64,000 nt of DNA. It comes from Alphaproteobacteria bacterium (GTDB lineage Bacteria; Pseudomonadota; Alphaproteobacteria; MPNO01). Shown piece after piece: positions 1-9,795 of this stretch (position 1 is the stretch's first letter; each line of letters starts with the position of its first letter). The stretch spans positions 1,600,001 through 1,664,000 of the forward strand of contig OZ219866.1 of the NCBI GenBank assembly GCA_964291675.2. Direction: 5' to 3'. Below the pieces are notes generated by a model. The model saw nothing but the letters and a program-made list of their open reading frames with translations. It had not been told where the DNA came from and searched no databases. Both the position numbers and the translations under genes were made by a program.

Positions 1-143
1 GGTTGGCCGGGTTGGCTAAGTCGTTGAAGCAGCGGGGTATTGGGATCCGGTTTTCCGACGTCTGAAAATGGTGTAGTGGAACATTTTGTGGACTTGCTCA
101 GGTTTCTCTTGATTTTGGGCTTGTCCGGCGAGACAACGCTTCG

Positions 144-220
144 ATGTTCGTCCGCGAAAAGGTCGCCTGGGGGCACCGCTACCTTTGCCTCGTCGAGAGC
201 GTCCGCGAGGGTCAGCGGGT
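144..220 (+). pseudogene. IS1634-family transposase N-terminal relic
   Basis: MFVREKVAWGHRYLCLVESVREGQRV resembles the IS1634 N-terminus (YLxLVESxRxxGRV); cut off after about 26 codons. Confidence 0.6.
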
Positions 221-420
221 AGGCTTCGGCGGCATGATCGCGCAGCGTCTCGAAGGCGTCGCGCCGGTCGCCGAGATTGCGCGCCCGGTCCGTCAGGGTC
301 TCGAGCTCGTGCGCCTTCACCTCGCTGCCATTCTGCGCTTTCTCCAGGTCGCGCATCTCCGGGACGATGCGGTCGACGGTCCGGTCGAGGCGGCGCACCC
401 GGGCGTCGAGGCAGTTGACG
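218..420 (-). pseudogene. Internal fragment of a DUF2493 paralog
   Basis: Closely similar at DNA level to about 10284-10485 (ggtaggcttcggcggcatgatcgcgcagcg...gcagttgac), with scattered substitutions. Confidence 0.85.
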
Positions 421-672
421 ACATGCTCACGACCTACGCCACACTTACGCGATTGAAGGATCATTAGTACGTGAGGGATTGCGGATGCATGGTAAGCTAG
501 GGCCACAATCACCTACAGCAATCGCAAGGTACGCTCTTCTCGTCAAAGATCTCCCAAATTCGGTTGCCAGCCGAACCGTATCTCGGACTACCCAAGTTGT
601 AGGATGAGCCAGGCGGAACTGTCCGTACCGAGACCTGTCGGTATGAAAACCACCCGAAACGGGTAAGGACAC

Positions 673-1470
673 ATGAAGGACCTTTCATTCCAGCCGTATC
701 GGGAGACCGTATGCTGCTTATGTGGCTCGTCCGATCGCCTCACGGGCGAGCACAAAATCAAGGCATCAGCGCTGCGGCGGGAGTTTGCGGGTGAAGACAT
801 GGTACTTGGGAACTTCAGTTTCGACGAGACAGGCCACGGGAAATATGTCCAAAGTTATAGGTCCAAGGTCCTCCACTTTTCATCACGAATGTGCTCGGTC
901 TGTAACGGCTCACGAACGCAACCCGCGGACTTGGAGTTTGATCGTCTTCATTCGTTGGCAAGTCGACACATAATGAACGGTGAAGAGCCGGAGCTTGCGA
1001 TTATCAGTGATCGCTACGTCGAGGGCTCAGTCCCCTACCTTAATGTCTTTCGATTCTTTGCGAAGTTGCTCTGCTGTCAGCTAGCCGAAGTAAGGGCACC
1101 ACGTCCAGTTCATATGTCGAACTTTGCAATCGGAAAAAATGACCGGAACTGCATTTGGCTACGCATCGGTCATGATTGGACGTATCAGCAGTTCGAGCGT
1201 CACATCGGTCAGCACCCATATGCTGCACATGGTGGTTTGGCCGTATATGCGAACCGACGGAATAACAGTCCCAAGGCCTTTCATTCTACCTTAACGATTG
1301 GAACGTTGCAGTATGTGTTTTTCTTTCGCCTGACTTGGTACGAGAGGTTCGCACTTAGTACTAACCACAAAGAGTTCTATGTCTGGTGTCGAGACCGTGC
1401 GGCTGAAGGAACGACTGCTCCGACATCGAGTATTACGCAACTCAGGCTCGGCGTGGTAACCGATGACTGA
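673..1470 (+). CDS. Hypothetical protein with HNH-like zinc-binding nuclease motifs
   Basis: CCLC...LTGEH...CSVCN pattern; RBS-like aagga upstream; lower GC; stop overlaps next start (ATGACTGA). Confidence 0.65.
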   Translation: MKDLSFQPYRETVCCLCGSSDRLTGEHKIKASALRREFAGEDMVLGNFSFDETGHGKYVQSYRSKVLHFSSRMCSVCNGSRTQPADLEFDRLHSLASRHIMNGEEPELAIISDRYVEGSVPYLNVFRFFAKLLCCQLAEVRAPRPVHMSNFAIGKNDRNCIWLRIGHDWTYQQFERHIGQHPYAAHGGLAVYANRRNNSPKAFHSTLTIGTLQYVFFFRLTWYERFALSTNHKEFYVWCRDRAAEGTTAPTSSITQLRLGVVTDD

Positions 1471-3883
1471 TTTTTTTGGGCGAATGAAGACTCCGGAAGT
1501 GCGCATCCCGGTCAATCGGTTGGCCCTTCTTCACTTCGTTGCCGTTGTGACGTTGCTCGGGACAATCGGAACATTCGGGACGCAGCAAGCGTGGGCTCAA
1601 CTGCCGACAATGCAAGAGGCACTGTCTGCGTACCAGTTGCATATCCGCGGCAAAGCGGTCCAGGTGATTCGAATGCACGCGGAGCAGGGCAACGCCGTCG
1701 CGCAGTTCACTCTCGGGCAGATGTACGTCGACGATACTGGACGCGTAAGCGTCCACTTGGGCCTCGGCGTCTCCGAAGACGACGCCGAGGCCGCGCGGTG
1801 GTTGCGCCGCGCGGCCGATCAGGGCCACGCGGGCGCGCGGATGAGGCTTGGGGTCATGTACGCCCGTGGCGAGGGTGTGCCGAAGGACGACGGCCAGGCA
1901 ATTCAGTGGCTCCGCCTCGCGGCCGATCAGGGTAACGATATTGCGGAACGCTACCTCAAGAACATATCAGAGACCGGTAGCCTTTCAGGAGAGTACCAGC
2001 CCAAGTTCTTCTCCTTTGGCCCCCCGATCATCGATACGGAGACGATCCGCGAGGTATGGGAGGCACTTACTCGCGACGGCCTAGCCTCGGCACGCAAGGC
2101 ATTTCAAATGCACGGGGAGCAGGGCAACGCGGTCGCTCAATACCATCTCGGGTTCATGCATGCGCATGGCGTGGGTGGTCCCGAGGACGATGCCGAGGCG
2201 GTCCGGTGGTATCGGCTCTCCGCCGAGCAAGGCAACTCCGACGCGCAGTCTAATCTCGCGCTCATGTATGCCCGGGGCGAGGGTGTCCCGGAAAACGACG
2301 CGCAGGCGATGCGATTGGCCCGCCTTGGCGTCGAGCAGGGGAACGCCGTGGCGCAGTTCGCTCTCGGATACCTGTATGCCCATGGCAAAGGTGTTCCCCA
2401 AGACGATGCCGAGGCGGCCCGATGGTTCCGCCTCGGTGCCGAGCAGGGCTACGCCGAAGCGCAGTTCAATCTGGGGCTCATGTACGACAAGGGCGAAGGC
2501 GTGCCGGAGGACGACACGGAAGCATCTCGGTGGTATCGGCTTGCCGGCGACCGGTACCACCCCGACACACAGCTCAAGCTTGGGCTCATGTACCTCAGGG
2601 GTGAGGGCGTGCCTCAGGATGATGATAAAGCGAGATTCTGGATCGGCGAAGCGGTCCAGCAGGGCCACGCCGAGGCGCAGTTCACTGTTGGGCTCATGTA
2701 CGACATTGGCGACGCTCTGCCCGAGAACGACGCCGAAGCGGTGCGCGCATATCGCCTCGCCGCCGAACAGGGCCACGTCCACGCACAGTTCAACTTGGGG
2801 GTCATGTACGATGACGGAGAGGGTGCCCCCGAGGACGACGTCGAGGCGGCCCGTTGGTATCGCCTGGCTGCTGAACAGGGCCATGTCAGCGCGCAATACA
2901 GCATCGGCTTTATGTATGACAACGGTATAGGGGTTCGACAGAACCGAGCGGAAGCAGCCATGTGGTATCAGCAAGCTGCTGAGCAGGAGCATGTCACTGC
3001 CCAAACCAGACTTGGCGACATGTTTTATTTCGGCACTGGCGTCAGGAAGGACTACGCAAGAGCGAAACAATGGTACGGGCGGGGCGCCGAACAGAAACAC
3101 GGCCACGCCCTATTCGGTCTAGGTAGATTATACGAATTTGGCAAGGGTGTTCCGCAAGACCACGCCGAAGCCGTAAAGTGGTACCGGCGAGCCGCCAAAC
3201 AAGGCCACGTGACCTCGCAAAACGCTCTCGGCCTGATGTACAAAATTGGTAAAGGTGTTCCACAGGATTTTGAAGTGGCAGTGAAGTGGTATCGAAAAGC
3301 AGCCCAAAAGGGGGATGCTAGCGCTCAATCCAGACTAGGAGCGATGTACTACTTTGGCGAAGGAGTTCCACAGAACTACAAAAACGCGCTGAAGTGGAGC
3401 CGACTTGGTGCTGCACAGAACGACCCATCGGGGATGATTACATTAGGCTGGATGCATGAATACGGAGAGGGGATTTCGCAAGATCTTGTACAAGCGCACA
3501 TGTGGTACAATCTTGCATCCGCACACCAAGTGTATCATGACCTTGCTGCGGAATCCAGGAACCGTGTCGCGATGCGGATGACATCGGCAGAGGTTGTGCG
3601 AGCACAGCGATTGGCGCGGAATTGGAAACCTCGATCGGATCAGAACGCAGATTCCTCGGAAACTAGCTCGGCTGGAGCAGGCACCGTGCTTGCAGTGCAA
3701 CGGGCTCTCAAGAAACTCCATTATGATCCTGGTCCTGCCGATGGAATACTGGGCATCAAGACTCGTGCTGCCATTCGTGCTTTCCAGTCGGCATCGGGCC
3801 TCCCGTCGGACGGAAGGATGTCGCCTGAACTGTATCTGAAGATCCTGTCCGCGCTTACGGCCGCCGGACAAAGGTTGAGATAG
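1463..3883 (+). CDS. Exported Sel1-repeat protein with C-terminal peptidoglycan-binding domain
   Basis: Hydrophobic signal ending AWA; about 15 Sel1 repeats (AQFNLGxMYxxGEGVPxDxxEAxRWYRLAAEQG); C-terminal VQRALKKLHYDPGPADGILGIKTRAAIRAFQ. Confidence 0.93.
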   Translation: MTDFFGRMKTPEVRIPVNRLALLHFVAVVTLLGTIGTFGTQQAWAQLPTMQEALSAYQLHIRGKAVQVIRMHAEQGNAVAQFTLGQMYVDDTGRVSVHLGLGVSEDDAEAARWLRRAADQGHAGARMRLGVMYARGEGVPKDDGQAIQWLRLAADQGNDIAERYLKNISETGSLSGEYQPKFFSFGPPIIDTETIREVWEALTRDGLASARKAFQMHGEQGNAVAQYHLGFMHAHGVGGPEDDAEAVRWYRLSAEQGNSDAQSNLALMYARGEGVPENDAQAMRLARLGVEQGNAVAQFALGYLYAHGKGVPQDDAEAARWFRLGAEQGYAEAQFNLGLMYDKGEGVPEDDTEASRWYRLAGDRYHPDTQLKLGLMYLRGEGVPQDDDKARFWIGEAVQQGHAEAQFTVGLMYDIGDALPENDAEAVRAYRLAAEQGHVHAQFNLGVMYDDGEGAPEDDVEAARWYRLAAEQGHVSAQYSIGFMYDNGIGVRQNRAEAAMWYQQAAEQEHVTAQTRLGDMFYFGTGVRKDYARAKQWYGRGAEQKHGHALFGLGRLYEFGKGVPQDHAEAVKWYRRAAKQGHVTSQNALGLMYKIGKGVPQDFEVAVKWYRKAAQKGDASAQSRLGAMYYFGEGVPQNYKNALKWSRLGAAQNDPSGMITLGWMHEYGEGISQDLVQAHMWYNLASAHQVYHDLAAESRNRVAMRMTSAEVVRAQRLARNWKPRSDQNADSSETSSAGAGTVLAVQRALKKLHYDPGPADGILGIKTRAAIRAFQSASGLPSDGRMSPELYLKILSALTAAGQRLR

Positions 3884-3887
3884 AGCC

Positions 3888-4169
3888 ATGACAACCAGGT
3901 ATTGGAGGATTTGTGGATACCACAGTGGAAGCAAGATATTCGAGACCCATGTTCCCGTAGGATGCTTTTGCGAGCGACAAGTGAAGGAACTGTTGAAAGT
4001 ACTTGCTGCGAAAGCTGACTTGACATTGGATGAGATCGTCGGCGCATACGCGAGAATGAATACTACGTACTCTAATGACTTGCTTCTGGTGCAGAAAGAT
4101 AAACCTCATCCAGTGTATATGTGCGGAGACAATCCATATTTTATCGCTGGAGTTATCGAGAGCGAATAG
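3888..4169 (+). CDS. Hypothetical protein (93 aa)
   Basis: Starts 4 bp after the Sel1 stop; globular composition; lower GC. Confidence 0.65.
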   Translation: MTTRYWRICGYHSGSKIFETHVPVGCFCERQVKELLKVLAAKADLTLDEIVGAYARMNTTYSNDLLLVQKDKPHPVYMCGDNPYFIAGVIESE

Positions 4170-4177
4170 GCGACGGG

Positions 4178-4480
4178 GTAGGGAAGGGTCGTCGAGGATC
4201 ACCTGTTCTCGCGAACCAGACGCTCGTTGCACTCCAGCCGACCCGGCTACGAACGCAGATCCCGGGGATGCCAGTCGAGAGCGCGGGCGAGCCGGTCGAG
4301 ATTCCGCACGTGCCTGTCGGCGGCCTTGAGCCAGTTCCGCACGCGGTCGCGCGCCAGGACGTGCGCCCGGTAACGGTCGACGACGGCCTGGAGACACTGG
4401 CGCGGTTCGGTCGGGACTCGCTCGTTCTCAGCGAACGCCGCGATGCGCCGGACGAGATCGGCCGCCCCGTCGAGATCGTA
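4178..4480 (-). pseudogene. Degenerate paralog of the relaxase C-terminal domain
   Basis: YDLDGAADLVRRIAAF...YRAHVLARDRVRNWLKAADRH aligns with relaxase FELDGAGALVERFAAF...YRAHAAARDRVRGFLRDADRH; Trp codon replaced by TAG at 4247-4249. Confidence 0.8.
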
Positions 4481-4679
4481 GGGGGAGACCCGCCAGCGCC
4501 CCATGCATCTCTGAAGCGGCCGCGCGGCTTCGAAGCCGGCGGGCGCGGGCATCGGACAGCGGGGTCCCGCAGTTGATCCGCACGGCGTCCCCGTGCGCCT
4601 CCGCACCGCCTAGGGCCGCACCGAGCGCGGGCCGGTGGCTCATGTTCAGGACGCCCGGGCTGGCTCTCTTCGGGGCCGC

Positions 4680-7600
4680 TCAAAGCCTCTGTGAGCGCCC
4701 CCTGTCGCGGGACCGGGACTGCGTGCGGTACGCCGAGGAGAATCGCTCCATCCTGGAGACCTCTGTCCCCAGGCGCTCGCGCCCGTCTTCGATGCGGTCG
4801 ATATGCGCGCCGTAGGTCGCGGGGTCGTCGAGGATCGCGCGGCCCTCCCGCAGCAGGCGTTCGTTGCGCTCCAGCCAGATCGGCCAGGAGCGCTGCTCCT
4901 GCCGCGGGATGTCGAGGTTGCGGGCGCGCAGGGAGATGGCGCGGTAGCGCAGCCAGTGGCGGTCCGCGTCGCGCAGGAAGCCGCGCACCCGGTCGCGCGC
5001 CGCGGCGTGCGCCCTGTACTGCCCGACGATCTCCCCGAGACGCGCGCGCGTCTCGGCGGCAAGCGCCTCGCTGCCGGTGAAGGCGGCGAAGCGCTCGACC
5101 AGCGCGCCGGCGCCGTCGAGCTCGAAGCGATGCTCGTCCTGCCTCCCGGCCCGGAGGAGGTGTGCGCGCCAGTCGCGCCGGAGCTGGCGATAGGCCGCGT
5201 ACGAAAGGTCCGGCCCGGGCGCCTCGCTCCGTGGGGGCTCCGGGGCCGCGGGCCGGACCGGGGCGGTCTTGTTGCCGGTATCCCGTCTCGTCTGCGCGGC
5301 GGGCGGGTCGGGAGGGACGGTCTCCGCGGCGGATGCGGTCTGCCGTGCGGGCTCGGGAGCCGGTTCAGCGTCCCGCCGCGCCTGCTCGCTCGCTCCCTCC
5401 GTGTTCTGCCGTGCGTGCGCGGCCCTGGCGGCGGCGGAGCGCAGGTAGCTGCCGGCGCGGGCATGCACCTCGCGCAGCTCCCGCAGCTCGCCGTCGCCGA
5501 TCCCGGCGCGCTCCGAGAGAAGCCGCTCAAAGGTCCGGGGCCGGGCCGTGAAGGACGCGGCCTGCTTCATCAGCGCGCCGTGGCGGTCGAGGGTCTCGCG
5601 GAAGGCGGGGCTGAGCGCCACCGCCTCGCCTTCGTCCCGGACGCGCGCGCGCAGCGCGTCCCAGGCCGCCATGACCTCGCCGCGCTCGGCCGCGAAGGCG
5701 TCCACAGCGGCGCCATGGCGCCAGCCGTTCACCGCATGGCGGATGTCCTGGGAGATGCGCGCCAGCGCGTTGTCGTTCGCAGCGGCGTGGGCCTCGGCCG
5801 CTTCCCGCCGGCCCATGCCGGGTCCGTCATGCGGTCTTCCGTTGGACCGGCTGCCGCCGTTTCCAATGCCGGCCCGCGCAGCTTCGCCCGCATCCCGCCA
5901 GGCGCCGTCGGTAACGTAGTCGAGCGCCGCCTCCTTCGGCTGCGAGCGCGACCAGCGCTCGGCCAGGTACGCCCGCACGTCCGAGTCCGTCACTGGCATG
6001 TCCGCCTGGTCCTCGGTTCGATGTTCGGCGATATCGAAGGCGAGCGGAGACCGGTTGACGTAGACGTCGAGCGCCTCGCGGTGACGTGTCGCCGCCGGAT
6101 AGATCGTCTCGCGCGCCGGCCGGTCGTCCGCCAGCAGGAAGGCGCGGTCGACCGTCAGCCCCTGTGCCGAGGCGACGGTCATGGCGTAGCCGTAGTCGAG
6201 GCGGATGTTGTCGTGCCAGTCGCGGATCTCGTCGTGCCGGAAGGCGACGCGCCGCCCGTCGTCGGTGCGCGCGGTGATGAGTACCGACAGCTCGGACTCG
6301 GCGCCGCCCATGTCGGCCTCCGGCGCCCGCCCGGGGCGCCCGCCGGCCAGCCGGTTCCGGGCCTTGCGCGACACCGCCGCGCCTTCCCCGCGCCTGACTT
6401 CGAGGTCCTCCACCGTGACCACGGTGCCGTTGAAGAGCTGCTTCTCCCACTGCGTGGCGCCGATGCGGATGCGGTCGCCGACCGCGATCTCCAGCGGCTC
6501 CGTCAATCGCCCGTCCAGGTCCCGGCTGACCTCGATGACCGCGCGCTTCGCCTCGGGCGTCCGCGCCAGCACGCGCTCGCGCATCAGCCACGACAGCGCC
6601 CGACCCTCGGCCTTCGTGCGCGCGAGCACCACGGTCGAGGAGCCGGGGTCGTCCTTCACATGCCACTCCCAGTCGTCCACCAGCCTGGTCAGCGTCTTCT
6701 CCTCGTCGTGGCAGAGATGGAGCCGTCCCCTGATCCGCCACGCCTCGATGGCCTTCTCCGCCTCGCCGTCCCTCAGCGCCTCGGAGACATCCACCTGCCA
6801 CGGCGTGAACACCGGCTTCCTCTCCATCGCCTCGTAGTCGGCCATGATGGCGTTGCGTTCCCGCGGCGGCGTGAGCGCCGCCTGGAACTGCGCCTGCTCC
6901 GGCGTCTCCCCGTGAACATGGACCAGCACGTCCTCGAGGTCCGCCTTCTGGCGCCGGATGCGGTCGACGCGGATGCTGCCCGCCACGTCCCGGATCAGCC
7001 GCAGCCCCGGACCGGCTTCGACCGGCTGCTGCTGACGCGTGTCGCCGGCGAACACCACCTTGGCGCCGTGGCGCTCGGAGAGCTGGAGGATGTGATGCGC
7101 CTGGCGGGTCGACAGCATCCCCGCCTCGTCCACCACGATCAGCGTGTTGCGGCCGATCTCCACCTGTCCCTTCGCGGCGAGCTTCAGCAGCTTGTCGACG
7201 CAGAAGGCGCGCGCGTCGCAGTCGTCGCCCAGAGCCACCGCCGTCCGCCAGGCCACGGCCGTCGGCACGATCTCGTAGCCGTGCTCCCTGTGAAGATCGG
7301 TGATGGGCCTGAGCGTGGTGGTCTTGCCCGAGCCCGCCGCGCCCTCGATCACGGCGACCCGACCGGCCCGCACGGTGGCATGGCGGATCGCCAGCGACTG
7401 CTCCTGGCTCAGCGGATAGCCCTCCTCCAGCAAGGTTTCCACCTTCTCCTTGACCGCCTCTTCCGGCAGGCCGTGGTCGGTGTCCGCGGCCATGGCCGCC
7501 GTCATGTCCTTGACCGCCTGCTCTAGCCCGAGATTGTGGCGGGTGGAATAGACCTCGGTGTGGGCCATCCCCGCGCGGGACTCCGCCGTCGGCTTCTTTG

Positions 7601-8744
7601 GCTCCAGCCGCCCGATCTCCGGGTTGCGGCGAAGCCGCTCGATGGCGGTCCTCAACGCTTCGGCGCCGATTAGTCCCGCCGACGCGTTCGCCGCCGCCTC
7701 CACCATGTCCGGGCGCCGGAAGACGGCCTCCTGCCGGGCCAGGTGGGCGGGCAGATCGTCAAGGCGGGCGGTCAGGTCGCGGATCGCCTCCTGGGTGATC
7801 TTCGCGTCATGGCCGGTCACCGACGCGATCAGCGCCTCGCGCTCGGCAAACCTCTCGGCCTCGTCCTTCCAGCGCTGGTGGCGAATGTCGGGGTCGTTAT
7901 CGTGCGACTTCCCGGCGCGCGTGATCTTGTTGACGCCGGCCATGCGCGAGGCGTTGCCCAATGACGGGATGCCCAGCTCTCCGGCCTTGGCCACGATCGC
8001 CTTGCGCCGCTTCGACCAGAAGGCCTGCAAATCCTCCGGCATGCCCTCGATACGGGTGAGCCCGCCATCGGGACCGTATTGCTCCATGCGGATACCCAGT
8101 CGCTCGCGGAGGTTCCAGGCGAGCGCGTTGCGGTAGACCGCGCCCGCGGCCTTGGCCCAGCTGTAGACCGGGTACTGGTGCATGGCCCGCCACTTGCCGT
8201 CCTCGCGGGTCCTCGCGGCATTGAAGATCACGCAGTGGGTATGGAGCTGCGGGTCGTTCTCCCGGCTGGTGCCGTGCTGGAACATCGCCACCGCGATATC
8301 GGCCGGCAGGACCCGGATCCGCCCCTCCCGGTCCCGGATCCGGGTCCAGGCGCAGTAGCGGAACACCGTCTCTTGCAGGGCCGCCCGCGCGGCGTCGTTG
8401 TGCGCCTGCTCGATCCGGGACCGCAGCTCGGGATCGGCGACGGCCCAGAACGCGGACACGCTCTTGTCGGCCGAGAAGGTCATGTCCACGCCCGGCGAGC
8501 GGTTCTCGCTGCCCGCGTTCCTGGTGAGCCTGGCCGACCCGTCCGGCGCGAAGCCGTGGTAGAGCCGGTGGAAGTCGCCGGAATCCACCCTGCCGCCGTT
8601 CTCGAGGCCGAGCAGGCCCCTGGGGTTGAACCACACCCCGTCCGGCTCCTCGCCAGCCGTGTAGTACTCGTTGGGATGGCGGAACGAGCGCTGGCTCTCC
8701 AGGTAGTAGGCGGCAGACGCCGCCTGGGCGAGGGTGGCTACCAT
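4680..8744 (-). CDS. mobF: MOBF (TrwC/TraI-type) relaxase-helicase
   Basis: N-terminal YY...YY, DMTFSADKSVS, HGTSRENDPQLHTH; helicase motifs GAAGSGKTT, VDEAGM, GDxxQ, QGLTVD. Confidence 0.95.
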   Translation of the reverse strand: MVATLAQAASAAYYLESQRSFRHPNEYYTAGEEPDGVWFNPRGLLGLENGGRVDSGDFHRLYHGFAPDGSARLTRNAGSENRSPGVDMTFSADKSVSAFWAVADPELRSRIEQAHNDAARAALQETVFRYCAWTRIRDREGRIRVLPADIAVAMFQHGTSRENDPQLHTHCVIFNAARTREDGKWRAMHQYPVYSWAKAAGAVYRNALAWNLRERLGIRMEQYGPDGGLTRIEGMPEDLQAFWSKRRKAIVAKAGELGIPSLGNASRMAGVNKITRAGKSHDNDPDIRHQRWKDEAERFAEREALIASVTGHDAKITQEAIRDLTARLDDLPAHLARQEAVFRRPDMVEAAANASAGLIGAEALRTAIERLRRNPEIGRLEPKKPTAESRAGMAHTEVYSTRHNLGLEQAVKDMTAAMAADTDHGLPEEAVKEKVETLLEEGYPLSQEQSLAIRHATVRAGRVAVIEGAAGSGKTTTLRPITDLHREHGYEIVPTAVAWRTAVALGDDCDARAFCVDKLLKLAAKGQVEIGRNTLIVVDEAGMLSTRQAHHILQLSERHGAKVVFAGDTRQQQPVEAGPGLRLIRDVAGSIRVDRIRRQKADLEDVLVHVHGETPEQAQFQAALTPPRERNAIMADYEAMERKPVFTPWQVDVSEALRDGEAEKAIEAWRIRGRLHLCHDEEKTLTRLVDDWEWHVKDDPGSSTVVLARTKAEGRALSWLMRERVLARTPEAKRAVIEVSRDLDGRLTEPLEIAVGDRIRIGATQWEKQLFNGTVVTVEDLEVRRGEGAAVSRKARNRLAGGRPGRAPEADMGGAESELSVLITARTDDGRRVAFRHDEIRDWHDNIRLDYGYAMTVASAQGLTVDRAFLLADDRPARETIYPAATRHREALDVYVNRSPLAFDIAEHRTEDQADMPVTDSDVRAYLAERWSRSQPKEAALDYVTDGAWRDAGEAARAGIGNGGSRSNGRPHDGPGMGRREAAEAHAAANDNALARISQDIRHAVNGWRHGAAVDAFAAERGEVMAAWDALRARVRDEGEAVALSPAFRETLDRHGALMKQAASFTARPRTFERLLSERAGIGDGELRELREVHARAGSYLRSAAARAAHARQNTEGASEQARRDAEPAPEPARQTASAAETVPPDPPAAQTRRDTGNKTAPVRPAAPEPPRSEAPGPDLSYAAYRQLRRDWRAHLLRAGRQDEHRFELDGAGALVERFAAFTGSEALAAETRARLGEIVGQYRAHAAARDRVRGFLRDADRHWLRYRAISLRARNLDIPRQEQRSWPIWLERNERLLREGRAILDDPATYGAHIDRIEDGRERLGTEVSRMERFSSAYRTQSRSRDRGRSQRL

Positions 8745-8909
8745 CGTGCGGTGTCCGCACTTGGAAGATACGCGGCGATCGTAATCGTGCCTGGCGTCCG
8801 GACCGCGAGAATGAATGAGGGAATCCTCATGGGTATCAGCACGTTACACAATAGATCAAAGGCTCGGTCAGTTGTCGACTCTAGCACCGGCCATGCCTCT
8901 CGACCCTCG

Positions 8910-8935
8910 GCACTTTAGTGCATAGATGTGAAAGC
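8910..8935 (+). promoter_or_regulatory. Candidate oriT nic site
   Basis: Hairpin GCACT-TT-AGTGC followed by ATAGATGT|GAAAG, between the divergent relaxase and accessory genes; resembles MOBF nic layout (hairpin then TGCGT..GTGT|). Confidence 0.5.
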
Positions 8936-9127
8936 GTCGCTTCTTCATTCTCCTTCATCGGGGGCGATGATATCATGTCTGACGGGGATTCCAAGGCGAT
9001 ATCGCGGTGAGCGATCCACGCATCGGGCGCCAGACGAGGACGGTACGGGCTCGTCGCTGACGGTGTGGGGTCGCGGGGCGAGGCTGTGGAACCTCTTGAT
9101 ATCGCAACGGGATTGGGAAGGAGGATC

Positions 9128-9433
9128 ATGATGGCACGGCGCTACAACGAGTGGGACATCGATTTCGACGCCATAGATGCCGATCTGGCGAAGCTGGCGC
9201 CTCCGACACTCAGCCTTAAAAACGTGCTCGATCGGCTGCGCGGCCGGCTGCTGGAGCAACAGGCCAAGGGGGTGACGGTGGCGCAGATGCACGAAGTGCT
9301 AACGGCACGGGGCATCCAGATGGGCGAGCGGAGCCTCAAGGTGTTTTTGGAGAAGGGGGAGCTGCCAGGGCGCAGGGCGAAGTCGGTTGCGGCGCAGGCG
9401 GCGGGGACGGAACCAGGGAAGGATCCGTTCTAG
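9128..9433 (+). CDS. Small mobilization accessory protein (MobC-like, putative)
   Basis: GGAGG RBS; divergent from relaxase across the oriT; small helical protein. Confidence 0.6.
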   Translation: MMARRYNEWDIDFDAIDADLAKLAPPTLSLKNVLDRLRGRLLEQQAKGVTVAQMHEVLTARGIQMGERSLKVFLEKGELPGRRAKSVAAQAAGTEPGKDPF

Positions 9434-9733
9434 CACTTCAGCGATAGAGAAAGTGCCGGGCGGCAATGGCGGAAGCGCCGGACGCATGGCTTGGCACGAC
9501 AGGGAAGTCGTGCGAAGGACCGGGAGCAAGCGACGGGCGCGATGCGGATCGGGTTCGAGGTGGCGGATGATGCCATTCGCAGAATGGCGAGCCGTGACTC
9601 GATGCCGGATACGGCTGCGGTGGGCGGGATGAAGCGAGCGTCCGGGGGTGTGCTGGCTGGAGCGGAAGGCGGAAGCGAAAGCGCCGATGGCGCGTGAGCG
9701 CCGAGCCGCGAAGCGCTGCTCTGGCACCTCAGC

Positions 9734-9769
9734 AAAAAAAACCGGTTCCTCGCCGAAGCGAGGAACCGG
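9734..9769 (-). terminator. Rho-independent terminator after DUF2493 gene
   Basis: 12-bp stem CCGGTTCCTCGC, TTCG loop and T8 tail on the minus strand. Confidence 0.9.
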
Positions 9770-9795
9770 CCCGGGCGGACGGGGAAGCGCCGCCG

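Noticed and set aside
4803-7526. 907-aa plus-strand ORF and other long antisense ORFs (e.g. 36076-38190, 41902-43962, 58739-60709, 60730-62511)
   Set aside because: Shadow ORFs opposite well-supported genes in high-GC DNA; no motifs.
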